Both the position numbers and the translations under genes were made by a program. Positions 1-9,120 of a stretch of DNA of 40,357 bases are shown piece by piece. Source of the stretch: Anaeromassilibacillus sp. GTDB taxonomy: Bacteria; Bacillota; Clostridia; Oscillospirales; Acutalibacteraceae. Position 1 is the first letter of the stretch; each line of letters begins with the position of its first letter. Location of the stretch: NCBI GenBank assembly GCA_048455095.1, contig DBFXIC010000233.1, positions 1 to 40,357 of the forward strand, written 5' to 3'. A model generated the notes under the pieces. The model was not told the DNA's origin. It made no database searches and saw only the letters and a list, made by a program, of their open reading frames with translations.

Positions 1-30
1 TTAAGAGAAAGAGACTTCTAAAGGAAGATG

Positions 31-88
31 GGGAAGAAAGGAGACTGGTTCTTTTCTGATGTGCGAAGAACCGGTTTGCTCTTTTCCC
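31..88. terminator. Imperfect inverted repeat, probable terminator of a gene ending at or before the window start
   Basis: gggaaga...ctggttctt / aagaaccgg...ttttccc arms, followed by a T-run on the + strand. Confidence 0.45.
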
Positions 89-235
89 TTTTCGTAAAGG
101 GGCTGGAAGTATGGAACTGGCCCGCGTTTGGCGCAAATGGCCGCCTGTACCATCCCGTTCACAAAAGATAACCGGGGACGAGCGGTGAGCCATCAGATCC
201 CCGGAATGCAAATCTGTTTGGGGAGAATCGTGCAG

Positions 236-286
236 GAAGAAAACAATTGCCCACCCAGGAACGAAACACACGTCCTTGGATGGGCA
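236..286 (-). terminator. Probable intrinsic terminator of the ROK gene
   Basis: tgcccacccagga / tccttggatgggca hairpin followed on the minus strand by attgttttctt; ~60 nt past the ROK stop. Confidence 0.55.
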
Positions 287-347
287 GAGGAGGTAATAAG
301 GGAAGTTATAAACAATATTATACGGAATTTTCCAATGATTCCGGTGT

Positions 348-1367
348 TCAGGATTCTGTGCGCAATGGAAGCAGCGGGATGAGCGCTTCCACAGTCAGGT
401 GATGCAGACCCAAAAGGTAGTCCTCCCGGAAATTATCGGAGAAAACAATCTTTGGAAGCATAGGCGCCGCTAGATACTGCCCGGTCAGGCGCAAGAGCTC
501 CGACACGTCGGGCGGTGTATCGGAGAACAGGGTCCCTCCCACCACCACGAGGGAAGGATTTGTCACGCAGCAGAGCATGCTGATCGCCCGCGCGATGTAT
601 TCCATCTTTTGATTCATGGTGCCAGCGCTTTGAAGGGCGGCATCCAAAGTGGCGTTTTCCATCGGAAGAAAGCCCAATTCCCCTGCAAAGCGGTGTGTTC
701 CGTGGAGGATTTGCCCACCGGATACGATCCCCGCGCCGGTGCAGGAGCGGTTAAAATGCAGGTAGGCCATGTCGGCCGGTTCCAGGCTGCCGCCGGGCGT
801 CTGCCCGGACTGCCGCAGGCAGAATCCTACTGCGGCGGCGTTCAGGTCATTTTCCAAAGCGACGGGCCGTTTGCAAAAAGTTTGCAGCTGTCCGCCGATG
901 TCACGCCCGCCATCGCTCAAAAAGCGCCCGTTTTCCACCACGCCGGGCACGCCCGCCCCCACTGCCGCCAGGGGCCACTTTTCCAACGCCTCGCGCAGGA
1001 ACCGCGCGGCGCTTTCCTCCAAATTGCCGCCGGTGGGATAGACGCCCGCTTCGTGGCAGGCGCCGTCCAGGCTCCGGACGCAATACAAAATATTGCACCC
1101 GTCCACATAAAAGGAGAGAATCCAGTTGCGCTGCGGATGAAGCGCATACCGTTGGGCCCGCCGTCCGCCGCTGGAAACATCCAGCTCTGTCACTACGATC
1201 TCCCCGCAGTCCAACAGCTCTTCCAGCAGGGCGCGAACAGTGGTCAGGCTGATGCGCGTCTCCGCCGCCAGTTCTGCCCGTGTAGAGCTACCAAAGGCGA
1301 TTAACGCGCGGTAGAGCAGCGCGGTGTTCATCTTTTTCATCAGTTCCGGTTTTCCGGACTCACACAT
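348..1367 (-). CDS. ROK family transcriptional regulator (N-terminal wHTH + sugar-binding ROK domain), 339 aa
   Basis: STRAELAAETRISLTTV HTH, SSGGRR, GVPG, LENDLNAAA and G..AGELG motifs; start moved to ATG 1367, preceded by SD AAAGGAG. Confidence 0.9.
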   Translation of the reverse strand: MCESGKPELMKKMNTALLYRALIAFGSSTRAELAAETRISLTTVRALLEELLDCGEIVVTELDVSSGGRRAQRYALHPQRNWILSFYVDGCNILYCVRSLDGACHEAGVYPTGGNLEESAARFLREALEKWPLAAVGAGVPGVVENGRFLSDGGRDIGGQLQTFCKRPVALENDLNAAAVGFCLRQSGQTPGGSLEPADMAYLHFNRSCTGAGIVSGGQILHGTHRFAGELGFLPMENATLDAALQSAGTMNQKMEYIARAISMLCCVTNPSLVVVGGTLFSDTPPDVSELLRLTGQYLAAPMLPKIVFSDNFREDYLLGLHHLTVEALIPLLPLRTES

Positions 1368-1523
1368 GGACAAAATCTCCTTTATTGATGAAATAGGGGG
1401 GGGGCAAAACGATGGCGCATATGCATGCTTGGCATCCGGCAGAGCTATGCCGGTCACTGAAGAATAATGCGGTTGAAGATGTCCACAGCTTCTGATAAGA
1501 AGGGCCCCGATGGCCTCATGCAC

Positions 1524-2405
1524 TTATCCCTTTTTCAGTGCTTTCCGCAGGCCTTCCAAAAGCTCTGCCTCCCGACCGGCGCAGTCCACGCCGCCAAGGG
1601 AGATGCTCGGTTTGGTCTTGCCGTGGAAATCGCTGCCGCAACTCACGGCAACGGCAAGGCTTTTGGCCTGTTGCAGATAGAAAGCGGTCTGTTCCGGTGA
1701 GTGATAACTGCTGTATGCCTCCATCCCGCACACGTCCTGCGCCAGAATGTCCCGCAGAAGCGGTTCATCCTCATGTACATTGTTGCCGGGATGCGCAAGG
1801 ATTGGCAATCCGCCTGCGTCGCGCACCAGGGCGACAGCCTCCTGTAGGCTGTGATAGACGATGGGGACATAACCAGGCTTCCCTTGTGAGAAGAAATCCC
1901 AATAGAAATTGACGTAGGGGTTGTCACTCCGTGCACCGCCGGGACGATAGGGAAGAAGCATGAGGTTCTCCGGGTCCTGCGCCAGTGCCGCCTCTGCGAT
2001 CATTTCTCCGGTGACAACGCCATCTTGCATTTGATAAAGGGGCTCCGCGTCGAAGTGAAAACCCATCTCCTGCGCGCGCTGAATGCGGAGCGCGCCAGCC
2101 TGTTGTTCCTGTTCCAGAATACTGCGCTCTGTCTCATCAAAGCCAGGATGCCGCGGGTCGATCCAGTACCCGAGAAGGTGCAGGTTGACGCCCTGATGGG
2201 TGCAATCCAGCTCCACAGCGGGAATACATTCCATGCCCAGCGCGTCGGCCCGGCACATAGCCCGTTTTACGGCGCGGGTGCAGTTGTGATCCGCAACGGC
2301 CGCGACGCGCACGCCGTTCTGCGCGCAGAGGTCCATCAGCTCCTCCGGGGAATAGGTGCCGTCGCCGCTGAAATTGGTATGCATATGGAGATCAAGCCAG
2401 CTCAT
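1524..2405 (-). CDS. PHP-domain metal-dependent phosphoesterase (TrpH/YciV-like), 293 aa
   Basis: DLHMHT..SGDG, ADHN, LAHPG and GSDFHG motifs; start ATG 2405 with SD AAAGGAG. Confidence 0.9.
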   Translation of the reverse strand: MSWLDLHMHTNFSGDGTYSPEELMDLCAQNGVRVAAVADHNCTRAVKRAMCRADALGMECIPAVELDCTHQGVNLHLLGYWIDPRHPGFDETERSILEQEQQAGALRIQRAQEMGFHFDAEPLYQMQDGVVTGEMIAEAALAQDPENLMLLPYRPGGARSDNPYVNFYWDFFSQGKPGYVPIVYHSLQEAVALVRDAGGLPILAHPGNNVHEDEPLLRDILAQDVCGMEAYSSYHSPEQTAFYLQQAKSLAVAVSCGSDFHGKTKPSISLGGVDCAGREAELLEGLRKALKKG

Positions 2406-2417
2406 AGCAAAGCTCCT

Positions 2418-2444
2418 TTCTTTTATCAGATACTTATAAAAGAA
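2418..2444. promoter_or_regulatory. Palindromic operator candidate (probably ROK)
   Basis: TTCTTTTAT-N9-ATAAAAGAA, perfect 9-bp arms between the -10 box and the SD. Confidence 0.55.
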
Positions 2445-2453
2445 TCTATCAAA

Positions 2454-2482
2454 AGTATATTCCGGAGAACATAAAAAGTCAA
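2454..2482 (-). promoter_or_regulatory. Sigma-A promoter of the PHP-ROK unit
   Basis: TTGACT-17 bp-TATACT on the minus strand. Confidence 0.8.
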
Positions 2483-2581
2483 GCAATTTCAAAAGATTCC
2501 ACAGGGTTGCGATCGGCCGGAAAATACTTTTAAAAGGCGGCCCCACAACGCGGTAGAGATCTTATAGATGTTAAACTGGCA

Positions 2582-2621
2582 TAAAAAGAGCTTCCCCGGC
2601 ACACAAATGTGCCGGGGAAGC
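2582..2621 (-). terminator. Rho-independent terminator of the GH97 gene
   Basis: gcttccccggcaca-caaa-tgtgccggggaagc perfect stem followed by tcttttta on the minus strand. Confidence 0.9.
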
Positions 2622-2639
2622 CTGCATCAAAGGGATGGA

Positions 2640-5600
2640 TTATTCGGCAATAACCGCCACACAGTGGCGAACTGCATTCTGGTTGGGCATCGTGGTATAG
2701 ATACCGGAGGCGTCGCCCACCTTGCCGGTGGCCCAGATGCGGAAGTAGAAGTCCTTGCCGTCCTTCTTAATGAATTGGGTCTTAAATACACCATCCGTAC
2801 CGCATACAAACATCGGAGTCGCCTCGCTGCCGTCGATAACGGTCATCTTAAAGGTGTATGCCTGGCCCTTCTTCACCTGGATGGTGCCGACTGTGTCGCT
2901 GCGGACGGAGCCCTCCTGGATATTTGCTTTGAAAGTGGAGGAGGCGCCGTTCAGCGTAACCGTGATATCGGATTCACCCATGCTAACGCCGTTCAACTGG
3001 AAGCTATAGCCGTCCGCGGTCTTGGTGAGATACTGCACCGTGACGTTGGCATTGCTTGCCGTGACGGTCGGTGCGGTCGCGGAGGTTGTCTTAACGGTGA
3101 ATGTGAAGCGTTCGCCCACACGGAACGAGCAGCTCTTGGTCGCGTCGTCCAGCGTAAAGTCAGGCGCTGTTGTGGTTGCAGTCGCCGTGGAAGTGCTGGA
3201 GCCGCCGGTGGAGTGGCTGCCGGAACCGCCGCCGGAATTACCGCCTGCATTTTCCAGGCCGTCGATTGCAGAGGCCAACTTGGTCTCCGCGTCGTGAACC
3301 TTGGCTTCTGCCACCGGATCGCCCTCTGCGAGGCTGTTGTCATCGAGCGCGTCCTGCGCAACCTTCATGGCCTCAACAAGTTTTTGATAGCTTGCTGTGG
3401 TGTACTTGGCCGGGTTTTTGGACTCGGCGATTCCCATCAGCTTTTTCAGGTAATCCTTGTTGACGATCTTGCGCAGGGCGGTCATCGCGGTGTTCAAAGC
3501 GTCGTTTGCAGCGTCCACTTCGGTCTGCGTGGCGTCGAGATCGTCACGGACCGTCTTGGCGCTTTCCAGCGCTTCCAGGAACGCAGACTGGCCCTCGTCC
3601 ACATACTGCGTCAAGTCAAGGGCTTCCGCCTTCTTGATCGTATTGATGAGCGTGGATTTGTCGGCCTGATGGCGGACCGCATCAATTGCATCCTTCAGGT
3701 TTTCAACCGCTTCGGTAATTTCGGCTTCCATCGCGTCGCGGTCATCATAGACTTTCTTTGCCGCCTCGTAGGCTTCTTTCAAAATCTCGATCTCTGCCGG
3801 CGCAAGGCCTTCCTGCGCAAGGATCTCTTCAGCGGTTCCAAGCTGTACTTTCAGTTCGGTCTTATCGCCGGGCTGGAAGGCAAGATAGTGGATGATGTCC
3901 AGCAGGTTGCCCCATGCGTCGTTGATCTGCTCCTGCGTCACAGCAACGGTTTCGGAGACAGTCTTTGCCTCTGCAAGTGCTTCGGCAAATTTTTCCTGTA
4001 CGCTGGGCACCGCACCCTCAACTTCTTTGTCCAGGGTTTCTGCATAATCGATCAGAGTGTTCAGAATGGACTTGCTGACGACAGAGAAGGAGAATTCCAA
4101 TTCCTCTGCCTCTGCACCCTTGACCGCTTTATAAGTGAATTCCTTGGTGTCCTTGATCTCCTGCGCTTCACCGTTGAGGAGGACTTCGCTGAACTCGCGG
4201 CCCTCAACGGACGGCTTGAAGGAGAGGTTCAAGTTGCTTCCTTCTTCGAAGGAGCCGGTGTATTTGCCGATCAGGTTCGGGATCTTCTGCTCTTCGCCGT
4301 TGAGGGTGAGCTCCGCATTTGTGCCGTACTTGACGGTGAAGCTGCTCGCTTCGGAAACAGGCGCCTTTGCAAACGCGACGGTTTCCTCATTGATGGTGAA
4401 GTCTTCAAACGTTGCCGGCAGTGTGCCCTTCTTGCCATTGCCGTCCACCGCATAGAGGCCGACCTGAATGTTGCCCTTAAGGCCGGGCATATTGGCCGGA
4501 GCCGCGATGGGTGTCCAGGTCTCGTTGTCGCGGCTATAGAAGGAGGAGAAGGTGGTGCCTTCCTTAACAACCTTCAAATAGACCGGTGCATCCCGATCGG
4601 TGTCGGGCGTGGTGTGCTCTGAGAAGCTGCCGTTATTCAAGACAAAATCGGTGAAGATATTGCCCTGGAAGCCGCTGTGGTAGCGCTTGTATGCACCATA
4701 GATGTTGCTGTCATCTTGATAGACGATGATGCCGGCGGTCTGATAGTTTGCCACCGGGACAAAGTCGAGCTTCGTGGTGACGGTGAAGTCGCCCTCTGCC
4801 GGGGTCAGGAACACGTTTTTCGCGTTATGAGTGCCGACATAATACTCGCCCGCCTGGGTGGTAATGGTGAGGGAGCGCTCATTATTGAGCTTCCAGTTCT
4901 CCGGATCGTTGCGCGTGACGTTCCAGCCATTTGTCAGCACCAGGTCGGCCGCCGTTACCGTGACCTCACAGGAGGCAGTAACTTCATTGTTGAAGCCGGT
5001 CATGGCGGTGATGGTCACTTTGCCAGTCTCAAACGCGGTGATCTTGCCGTTTGCGTCGACAGAAGCGATGTCCGGATCGCTGGAAACCCATACGATCGGG
5101 TCGTCGGCGTCTGCCGGGGTGAGGGTAGCGGTCAGCGTCGCGGTCTCGTACTGCTTCATGGACAGTTCGGACTCGCTGAGGCTGATTTCCTTTGCTTCCG
5201 TGTATTTGTTGGCGAACGGAACCGCTTCTCCGTTGATGGTGAAGTTTTCAAAAGTTGCGGGGAGGGAACCGGTCTTGCCGTTGCCGTCGACTGCATAGAG
5301 ACCAACCTTGAGGTCGCCGGTCAGGCCGGAGACGTTCAGCGGATTGGCGATCTGCGTCCAGTTCTCATTGTCGCGGCTATAATACGCCGTTAAGGTGGTG
5401 CCTTCTTTCACGACTTTGATGTATGCGGGCGCATCCTTGTCCGGGTCGGGCGTGGTATGCTCGGAAGCCTTGCCTTTGTTGATGGCAAAGTCGGTGAAGA
5501 TGTTGCCCTTAAAGCCGGAATGATAACGCTTATACGCACCGTAGAGGTTCTCGTCGTCCTGATAGACAATGATACCGGCGGTCTGGTAATCGGCGCCCGG

Positions 5601-8600
5601 TACAAAGGTCAGCTTGGTGGTGGCGGTAAAGTCACCCTCCACCGGGGTCAGGAAGACGTTCGCGGCGTTGGAGGTATTGCTGTAATATTCGCCCGCCTGC
5701 GTGGTGATGGTGATGGAGTTCTCATTGTTGAGCTTCCAGTTTTCCGGATCGCTGCGGGTAATGGACCAGTCATTTGTCAGGGTGAATTCCGGACGGCGCA
5801 CAGTGACTTCACAAGAAGCGGCGATATCGCCCTCATAGCCGGTGGTAGCTGTGATGGTGACGATGCCCGGCTTTAAAGCGGTGATCCTACCGTTCGTCAC
5901 AGTAGCGATTTCCGGATTGCTGGACGTCCAGTTGACCGTCTTATATTCCACGTCCTCAGGGCTGAGGGTGGCCGTCAAAGTGACGGACTCATTCGGCATC
6001 ATCGTGAGTTCGGTCTCGCTCAGGGTGATGGATTCCGCCTGGCTGGGCAGGTTCTTGAGAATCTTGATCATCGCGCCGCCGTGCTCGGCCATCGGGATGG
6101 AGAGGGTGGTGTCCTTGTTCACCTTCTGCATGCGGGCTGTCATGTCGTCCACACCCTTGCCGTCCTCATAGATGAATGCGTAGTAATCGCCTTCACCCAG
6201 GAAGTCAAGCTTAAACTCTGCGGTACGCTGCTCGTTGCAGATTAATCCGAGGTACCAGTTGTCGCCGCTTCTGCGGGCGGTGTTGACATACTCGCCCGGC
6301 TCGCCTGCCAGGAGCTTGCTCTCATCCCACTGGCGCGGGAAGCTCTTAAAGAAATCGCATGCAGGGCTGTTGAGATACGCCTCCGGACGGTCAGCAAAGC
6401 ACTGGATGCCGCTCTCATAGGTGACGGTCAGCGCACCCATCTGCGCGATGGTCATCTGCTTGCGGGTGTTGGTGCGGTGCGAGAACATCGGCGTGTAGTC
6501 CGCCGGGCCAACTGCGCAGCGCATGAACGGCAGCATGCAGTTGTGGTAAGCGCTCACGTCCGCGGGACGGAACAGATCCTGCTCCGCGCCAAAGATGCCC
6601 TCACGGGACAGGGCGTTCGGGTAGGTTCTGCGCTCGCCAGTGGTCTTATTTGCGCCGTGGATGTTGATGAACATGTGGTTATCCGCGGTGATCTGCATCA
6701 GCTTGATGTAGAACTTAATGTAATCCTGGGACTGAGAATTGAAGAAGTCCGGCTTAATGCCTGCGAAGCCCATATCAGCCAGCTCTTTGAGACGGCGTTC
6801 CGCCTCGCCTGCCTTTTTCAAATCGTTGTGGTTCTGCCAGGCAATCAGGCGCACGCCCTTGTCCTTGGCATACTGCAACAGATCCTCGGTCCAGTCATAA
6901 TAGCCCCAATAGGCATATCCGCTATGGCCGTTGGAGCTGCCCTTGGGCTGCCAGCCCTCGTCCAGCAGCACATACTGCCAGCCCATTTCGGCGGCAAAAT
7001 CGATGTACTTCTTATAGACATCCGGGTTGTTGGTGGATTCGCGGTTCAGCCATGTCCAAGCGGTCACACCCGGCTGGACCCAAGAGGCATCGCCGATGAC
7101 ATTGGCAGGGCTGAGATTTTCCGCCATGGTGTTTTCTACAATATCGGCGGTGGTGCCCATCACGGCAAAACGCCACGGCGTTGCAAACGGCGCCTTGGTT
7201 GTGATAGCCTTGGAACCCTGTTCGTTGGAGAACACAATGTCCAAGCGGCCATTCGGATTGCCGATGATGTCTGTGCCGCAATATTCCTCGTGGAGGCCCG
7301 CCTCAGAGATCAGGGCATACTTGCCGGCCGGGGTCTTGTAGAGAAGCGGCATGCAATACCGCTCGTTGAGTTCATTGAGCTGACGCTCCTCTTCCACCTG
7401 CTCGTTGTGTGCAATGTACGGCATCACATAGGCAGTGGAGCCCTGCGGAATCTGTAGCGAGGTATTTTCAGAAGAAATGGTGATCGGCGTGTTTTCATCT
7501 TCCGCCGTAATTTGATATTTGAATGCGATACCGTCGTCATAAGCGCGCACAACTACGCTGAAGGTAACGCCTTCGACGCCTTCTTTCGTGAAGTTCATCG
7601 TGGTCTGGTTTGCGTGGTTTTCCACCTGTGTAACCTTTGCACCAATGAGCTCGTACGGATCGTTGATTTCTTCGTCGGAACGGCTGACAAAGGTCAGTTT
7701 GGAGAAATCGCCCAAGCTGGTGGTCAGACCCACATAGGAGTTATCCACCACGAGGTCGCCGTCCTTAAACGAGGAATATGAGAGCTTTCCATCGTGCAGG
7801 GTAAATAGCGCAGAGACACTGCCATCCGGGGAAGTGGTCTGCCAGGAAGAAGCCGGATCGCCCTTGCCAACAATGATGTCCACGGTGGCATCCTTGGAGA
7901 CATCTCCCTGCATCACGGTGCAGGTGATGGTGGCCACACCGTCGCTCACGCCGGTCACAACGCCGTCCGCAGAGACGGTCGCAATGGATTCATCGGAGCT
8001 CCGATAGGAAGCTGTAATCGTATCGGACGGGATTGCTGCACCGCCGATGGAGTAGCCCGCCGGGGTGAGCTGCGTGGTCTTGCCAATGGGCAGTACGGAC
8101 TGCTGTGCCGTCACAGCTGCAGAGGACAGCGCGGTCTGCACCTCACGGTCACAAAGGATCTTTGCGTCGCACCACAGGCTGTGGTCGCAGATGGTCACGC
8201 CGTCCGTGCCGTTGTCGGTCTTGAGGGTCAGCGTTTTAGCGCCGGCGGGGATCTCTAAATTCAAATGAACCTGCTCCGCCTGACCGGACAGATCGTCAAT
8301 ATGGTAGATCTGCTTGCCGTCCACCTCAACGGTAAAGCCGCAGTTGCCGTATTCGCCGCTATACACGGAGTCGGCCTGTACGCCGATATACGACTCAAAA
8401 TACTTTGCTCCCTGGTTGGAGATGTCAAATACAATGGTAGACGCCGCATGTGCGCAGAGACCCTTTTCATATTCCACGATTTTCAGGTCTTTGTCGCGCA
8501 GGCGTAAGGGTTTGTTGTCGATATCCTTGTCGACGCCCAGACTGCCAAAACCGACTTTCGCGCTGGTCGGTTTCATGTCGCTCAAGTAAATAGCGACGTC

Positions 8601-8753
8601 ACCTTCCTCATCCTCCACTGTGGAAGCAACGGAATAACTGGCGGCAGAAACGGTCTGTGCCGCCTGTGCAGCAAGCACCGGCGTCGCGCCGGCAGCCGCC
8701 ATTTGCAGGGCCAGGGCCACTGCAATAAAGGATTGTACTGTTTTTCTTTTCAT
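2640..8753 (-). CDS. Secreted multimodular GH97 glycoside hydrolase (signal peptide, NPCBM/CBM51-like, Big_2, GH97, 2x[Big_2 + beta-sandwich], FIVAR-like helical repeats, G/S/T linker, C-terminal tandem domain), ~2037 aa
   Basis: N-terminus MKRKTVQ...PVLA with SD GGAGG; YLSDM...KGLCAHA...WCDAK (NPCBM); VRAYDDGIAF, TPWR, YIDFAAEMGWQYVLLDEGW, GIKPDF, ERRTYPN, GPADYTP (GH97); WTSSNPEIATV (Big_2); ADKSTL / YTTASY (FIVAR). Confidence 0.9.
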   Translation of the reverse strand: MKRKTVQSFIAVALALQMAAAGATPVLAAQAAQTVSAASYSVASTVEDEEGDVAIYLSDMKPTSAKVGFGSLGVDKDIDNKPLRLRDKDLKIVEYEKGLCAHAASTIVFDISNQGAKYFESYIGVQADSVYSGEYGNCGFTVEVDGKQIYHIDDLSGQAEQVHLNLEIPAGAKTLTLKTDNGTDGVTICDHSLWCDAKILCDREVQTALSSAAVTAQQSVLPIGKTTQLTPAGYSIGGAAIPSDTITASYRSSDESIATVSADGVVTGVSDGVATITCTVMQGDVSKDATVDIIVGKGDPASSWQTTSPDGSVSALFTLHDGKLSYSSFKDGDLVVDNSYVGLTTSLGDFSKLTFVSRSDEEINDPYELIGAKVTQVENHANQTTMNFTKEGVEGVTFSVVVRAYDDGIAFKYQITAEDENTPITISSENTSLQIPQGSTAYVMPYIAHNEQVEEERQLNELNERYCMPLLYKTPAGKYALISEAGLHEEYCGTDIIGNPNGRLDIVFSNEQGSKAITTKAPFATPWRFAVMGTTADIVENTMAENLSPANVIGDASWVQPGVTAWTWLNRESTNNPDVYKKYIDFAAEMGWQYVLLDEGWQPKGSSNGHSGYAYWGYYDWTEDLLQYAKDKGVRLIAWQNHNDLKKAGEAERRLKELADMGFAGIKPDFFNSQSQDYIKFYIKLMQITADNHMFINIHGANKTTGERRTYPNALSREGIFGAEQDLFRPADVSAYHNCMLPFMRCAVGPADYTPMFSHRTNTRKQMTIAQMGALTVTYESGIQCFADRPEAYLNSPACDFFKSFPRQWDESKLLAGEPGEYVNTARRSGDNWYLGLICNEQRTAEFKLDFLGEGDYYAFIYEDGKGVDDMTARMQKVNKDTTLSIPMAEHGGAMIKILKNLPSQAESITLSETELTMMPNESVTLTATLSPEDVEYKTVNWTSSNPEIATVTNGRITALKPGIVTITATTGYEGDIAASCEVTVRRPEFTLTNDWSITRSDPENWKLNNENSITITTQAGEYYSNTSNAANVFLTPVEGDFTATTKLTFVPGADYQTAGIIVYQDDENLYGAYKRYHSGFKGNIFTDFAINKGKASEHTTPDPDKDAPAYIKVVKEGTTLTAYYSRDNENWTQIANPLNVSGLTGDLKVGLYAVDGNGKTGSLPATFENFTINGEAVPFANKYTEAKEISLSESELSMKQYETATLTATLTPADADDPIVWVSSDPDIASVDANGKITAFETGKVTITAMTGFNNEVTASCEVTVTAADLVLTNGWNVTRNDPENWKLNNERSLTITTQAGEYYVGTHNAKNVFLTPAEGDFTVTTKLDFVPVANYQTAGIIVYQDDSNIYGAYKRYHSGFQGNIFTDFVLNNGSFSEHTTPDTDRDAPVYLKVVKEGTTFSSFYSRDNETWTPIAAPANMPGLKGNIQVGLYAVDGNGKKGTLPATFEDFTINEETVAFAKAPVSEASSFTVKYGTNAELTLNGEEQKIPNLIGKYTGSFEEGSNLNLSFKPSVEGREFSEVLLNGEAQEIKDTKEFTYKAVKGAEAEELEFSFSVVSKSILNTLIDYAETLDKEVEGAVPSVQEKFAEALAEAKTVSETVAVTQEQINDAWGNLLDIIHYLAFQPGDKTELKVQLGTAEEILAQEGLAPAEIEILKEAYEAAKKVYDDRDAMEAEITEAVENLKDAIDAVRHQADKSTLINTIKKAEALDLTQYVDEGQSAFLEALESAKTVRDDLDATQTEVDAANDALNTAMTALRKIVNKDYLKKLMGIAESKNPAKYTTASYQKLVEAMKVAQDALDDNSLAEGDPVAEAKVHDAETKLASAIDGLENAGGNSGGGSGSHSTGGSSTSTATATTTAPDFTLDDATKSCSFRVGERFTFTVKTTSATAPTVTASNANVTVQYLTKTADGYSFQLNGVSMGESDITVTLNGASSTFKANIQEGSVRSDTVGTIQVKKGQAYTFKMTVIDGSEATPMFVCGTDGVFKTQFIKKDGKDFYFRIWATGKVGDASGIYTTMPNQNAVRHCVAVIAE
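4368..6038 (-). repeat. Intragenic tandem duplication of a ~281-aa Big_2 + beta-sandwich module (period ~843 bp)
   Basis: Near-identical blocks in both copies: DPENWKLNNE.S.TITTQAGEYY, YQTAGIIVYQDD.N.YGAYKRYHSGF.GNIFTDF, VGLYAVDGNGK.G.LPATFE.FTIN. Confidence 0.9.
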
Positions 8754-8939
8754 CTTTTCCTCCATCTTTTCCTTGCCGATATAAATTCTTCTTCTCCCTA
8801 AAAAGTGCTTGTCCCTCCTTCCCTCCTTGCCTTTTTCCATAATAGAGCAGACAAAAACAGAGTGCGAAGCCATTGCTTCAAAGAAACATTTTACTAAAAT
8901 GCATAAAAAACAATAGACTAAGCACCTTTTCTTGTCATC

Positions 8940-8968
8940 ATAGTAGCATGAACGACTTTTGAAATCAA
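8940..8968 (-). promoter_or_regulatory. Sigma-A promoter candidate for the GH97 gene
   Basis: TTGATT-17 bp-TACTAT with a TGn extension. Confidence 0.55.
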
Positions 8969-9045
8969 TAGGTTCGTTTATGATAGGACAAAAATACATA
9001 ATTTTGAAACAATTTTCCATATGATTTGCACAGGGATGCACAAGC

Positions 9046-9074
9046 TTTACACAATCGCGCCTTTCCAGTATAAT
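9046..9074 (+). promoter_or_regulatory. Sigma-A promoter of the HD-RR-HK-ABC operon
   Basis: TTTACA-17 bp-TATAAT, ~45 nt upstream of ATG 9121. Confidence 0.75.
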
Positions 9075-9120
9075 GAACAAAAGATGGATGCAGAAAGCTG
9101 AAGGAGAAAGGCAGGATACA

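Noticed and set aside
111..382. Small ORFs at the window start (25 aa from ATG 111; 84 aa at 128-382)
   Set aside because: No recognisable motifs; the region is dominated by terminator-like hairpins
2568..4622. 684-aa plus-strand ORF, and other long ORFs opposite the GH97 (4677-5393, 6477-7457)
   Set aside because: Antisense shadows of a strongly codon-biased gene; no SD and no recognisable motifs
8754..9080. 109-aa N-terminal extension of the GH97 ORF
   Set aside because: The signal peptide and SD begin at 8753; the extension spans the AT-rich divergent promoter region
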